DNA of 46,489 nt from Proteromonas lacertae (taxonomy: Eukaryota): the NCBI GenBank assembly GCA_002245135.1, contig NGBS01001180.1:62001-108489 (forward strand), in the 5' to 3' direction. Below are positions 46,015 through 46,489 of this stretch, piece after piece. Both the position numbers and the translations under genes were made by a program. Numbering within the stretch: the stretch's first letter is position 1; every line of letters starts with the position of its first letter. The notes beneath the pieces are model-generated. The model was not told the origin of the DNA, ran no database searches, and saw only the letters and a program-made list of their open reading frames with translations.

Positions 46015-46489
46015 TCAAGAATCACTTAACACTTCTTCCTCTTGATTATCAAAGGAATTGCTTCCGTTGGTTTGTTTGTTAGGCTTGATTAAATGCTTTC
46101 TTTTTTTAGGGTTTAAACTGTCTAATGAATCTGATCTAGCAGTCATAATCTTTCTTTTAGTTGTACATATCTCTGAGCTATCATTCTGATTCAAAATGTC
46201 TTCTAAGTCTTCGTCATTTTCCCAATCACTTAAATCTGTTTCGTCTTCTTCCATAGTGTAGTCCTCATCGTCATCATCACTATCTACAATAAAGCCTTTC
46301 TAGTTTCCTTCACTATCGGCATCAGAAGCATTAGCATCATCTTCTTCCTCATCCTCACTATCTGTACACTCTGCTTCTCCATATAAATAATTGTAGACGT
46401 CTTCTAACTCTCTCTTTCTCTTTTGGCAGATCTTTCTTTATCATCTCGTTTTTGCTCCTCTTTTGCTCCTTCTCAGCATCGCTAACATC
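46015..46489 (-). pseudogene. Copy 2 of the acidic protein gene, partial and frameshifted
   Basis: Matches 28480-28956 with single-base deletions. Confidence 0.7.

Larger units (their letters stand above)
39772..46489. repeat. Right arm of the inverted duplication (second copy of the virion module), running off the window
   Basis: Reverse complement of 28480-35167 with scattered indels, more frequent towards the window end. Confidence 0.97.

Noticed and set aside
28480..46489. The 6.7-kb inverted arms as the virus's terminal inverted repeats
   Set aside because: They contain the capsid genes, and the inner junction interrupts the polymerase
1..46489. CRISPR array, rRNA or tRNA genes; bacterial or phage origin of the contig
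   Set aside because: No repeat-spacer array or structured RNA gene recognised; spliceosomal introns and hAT elements indicate a eukaryotic nucleus
42478..46489. Copy-2 frameshifts as programmed frameshifting
   Set aside because: Scattered single-base indels, often in short homopolymers and increasing towards the window end, fit sequencing error or decay better

Overview
Very AT-rich eukaryotic (protist-like) DNA using the standard genetic code and tiny 25-31 nt GT-AG introns, in three parts. (1) About 2-19.8 kb is a dense cluster of membrane-anchored glycan-building and glycan-decorating genes, several duplicated or decaying: GT15, GT92, two fucosyltransferase-like genes, GDPD, DUF229, GT2-like, two DUF3431, GT77, TylF and FkbM methyltransferases, and two OafA-like acyltransferase-SGNH genes. 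A hAT transposon derivative with an 8-bp TSD lies among them. (2) About 20.1-24.3 kb holds a foldback element and a Ginger-like unit (HHCC-DDE integrase followed by a Ulp1/CE-clan protease). (3) From about 24.9 kb to the end is an endogenous Polinton/Maverick-like virus: double-jelly-roll-type major capsid, penton, A32-like packaging ATPase, two Arg-rich core-like proteins with GG/GxG motifs, and a disrupted 5' part of the protein-primed PolB, with a second hAT insertion inside. The polymerase is cut at 39771 by an inverted second copy of the virion module (28480-35167 mirrored at 39772-46489). All family assignments come from motifs recognised by eye; no database search was run.
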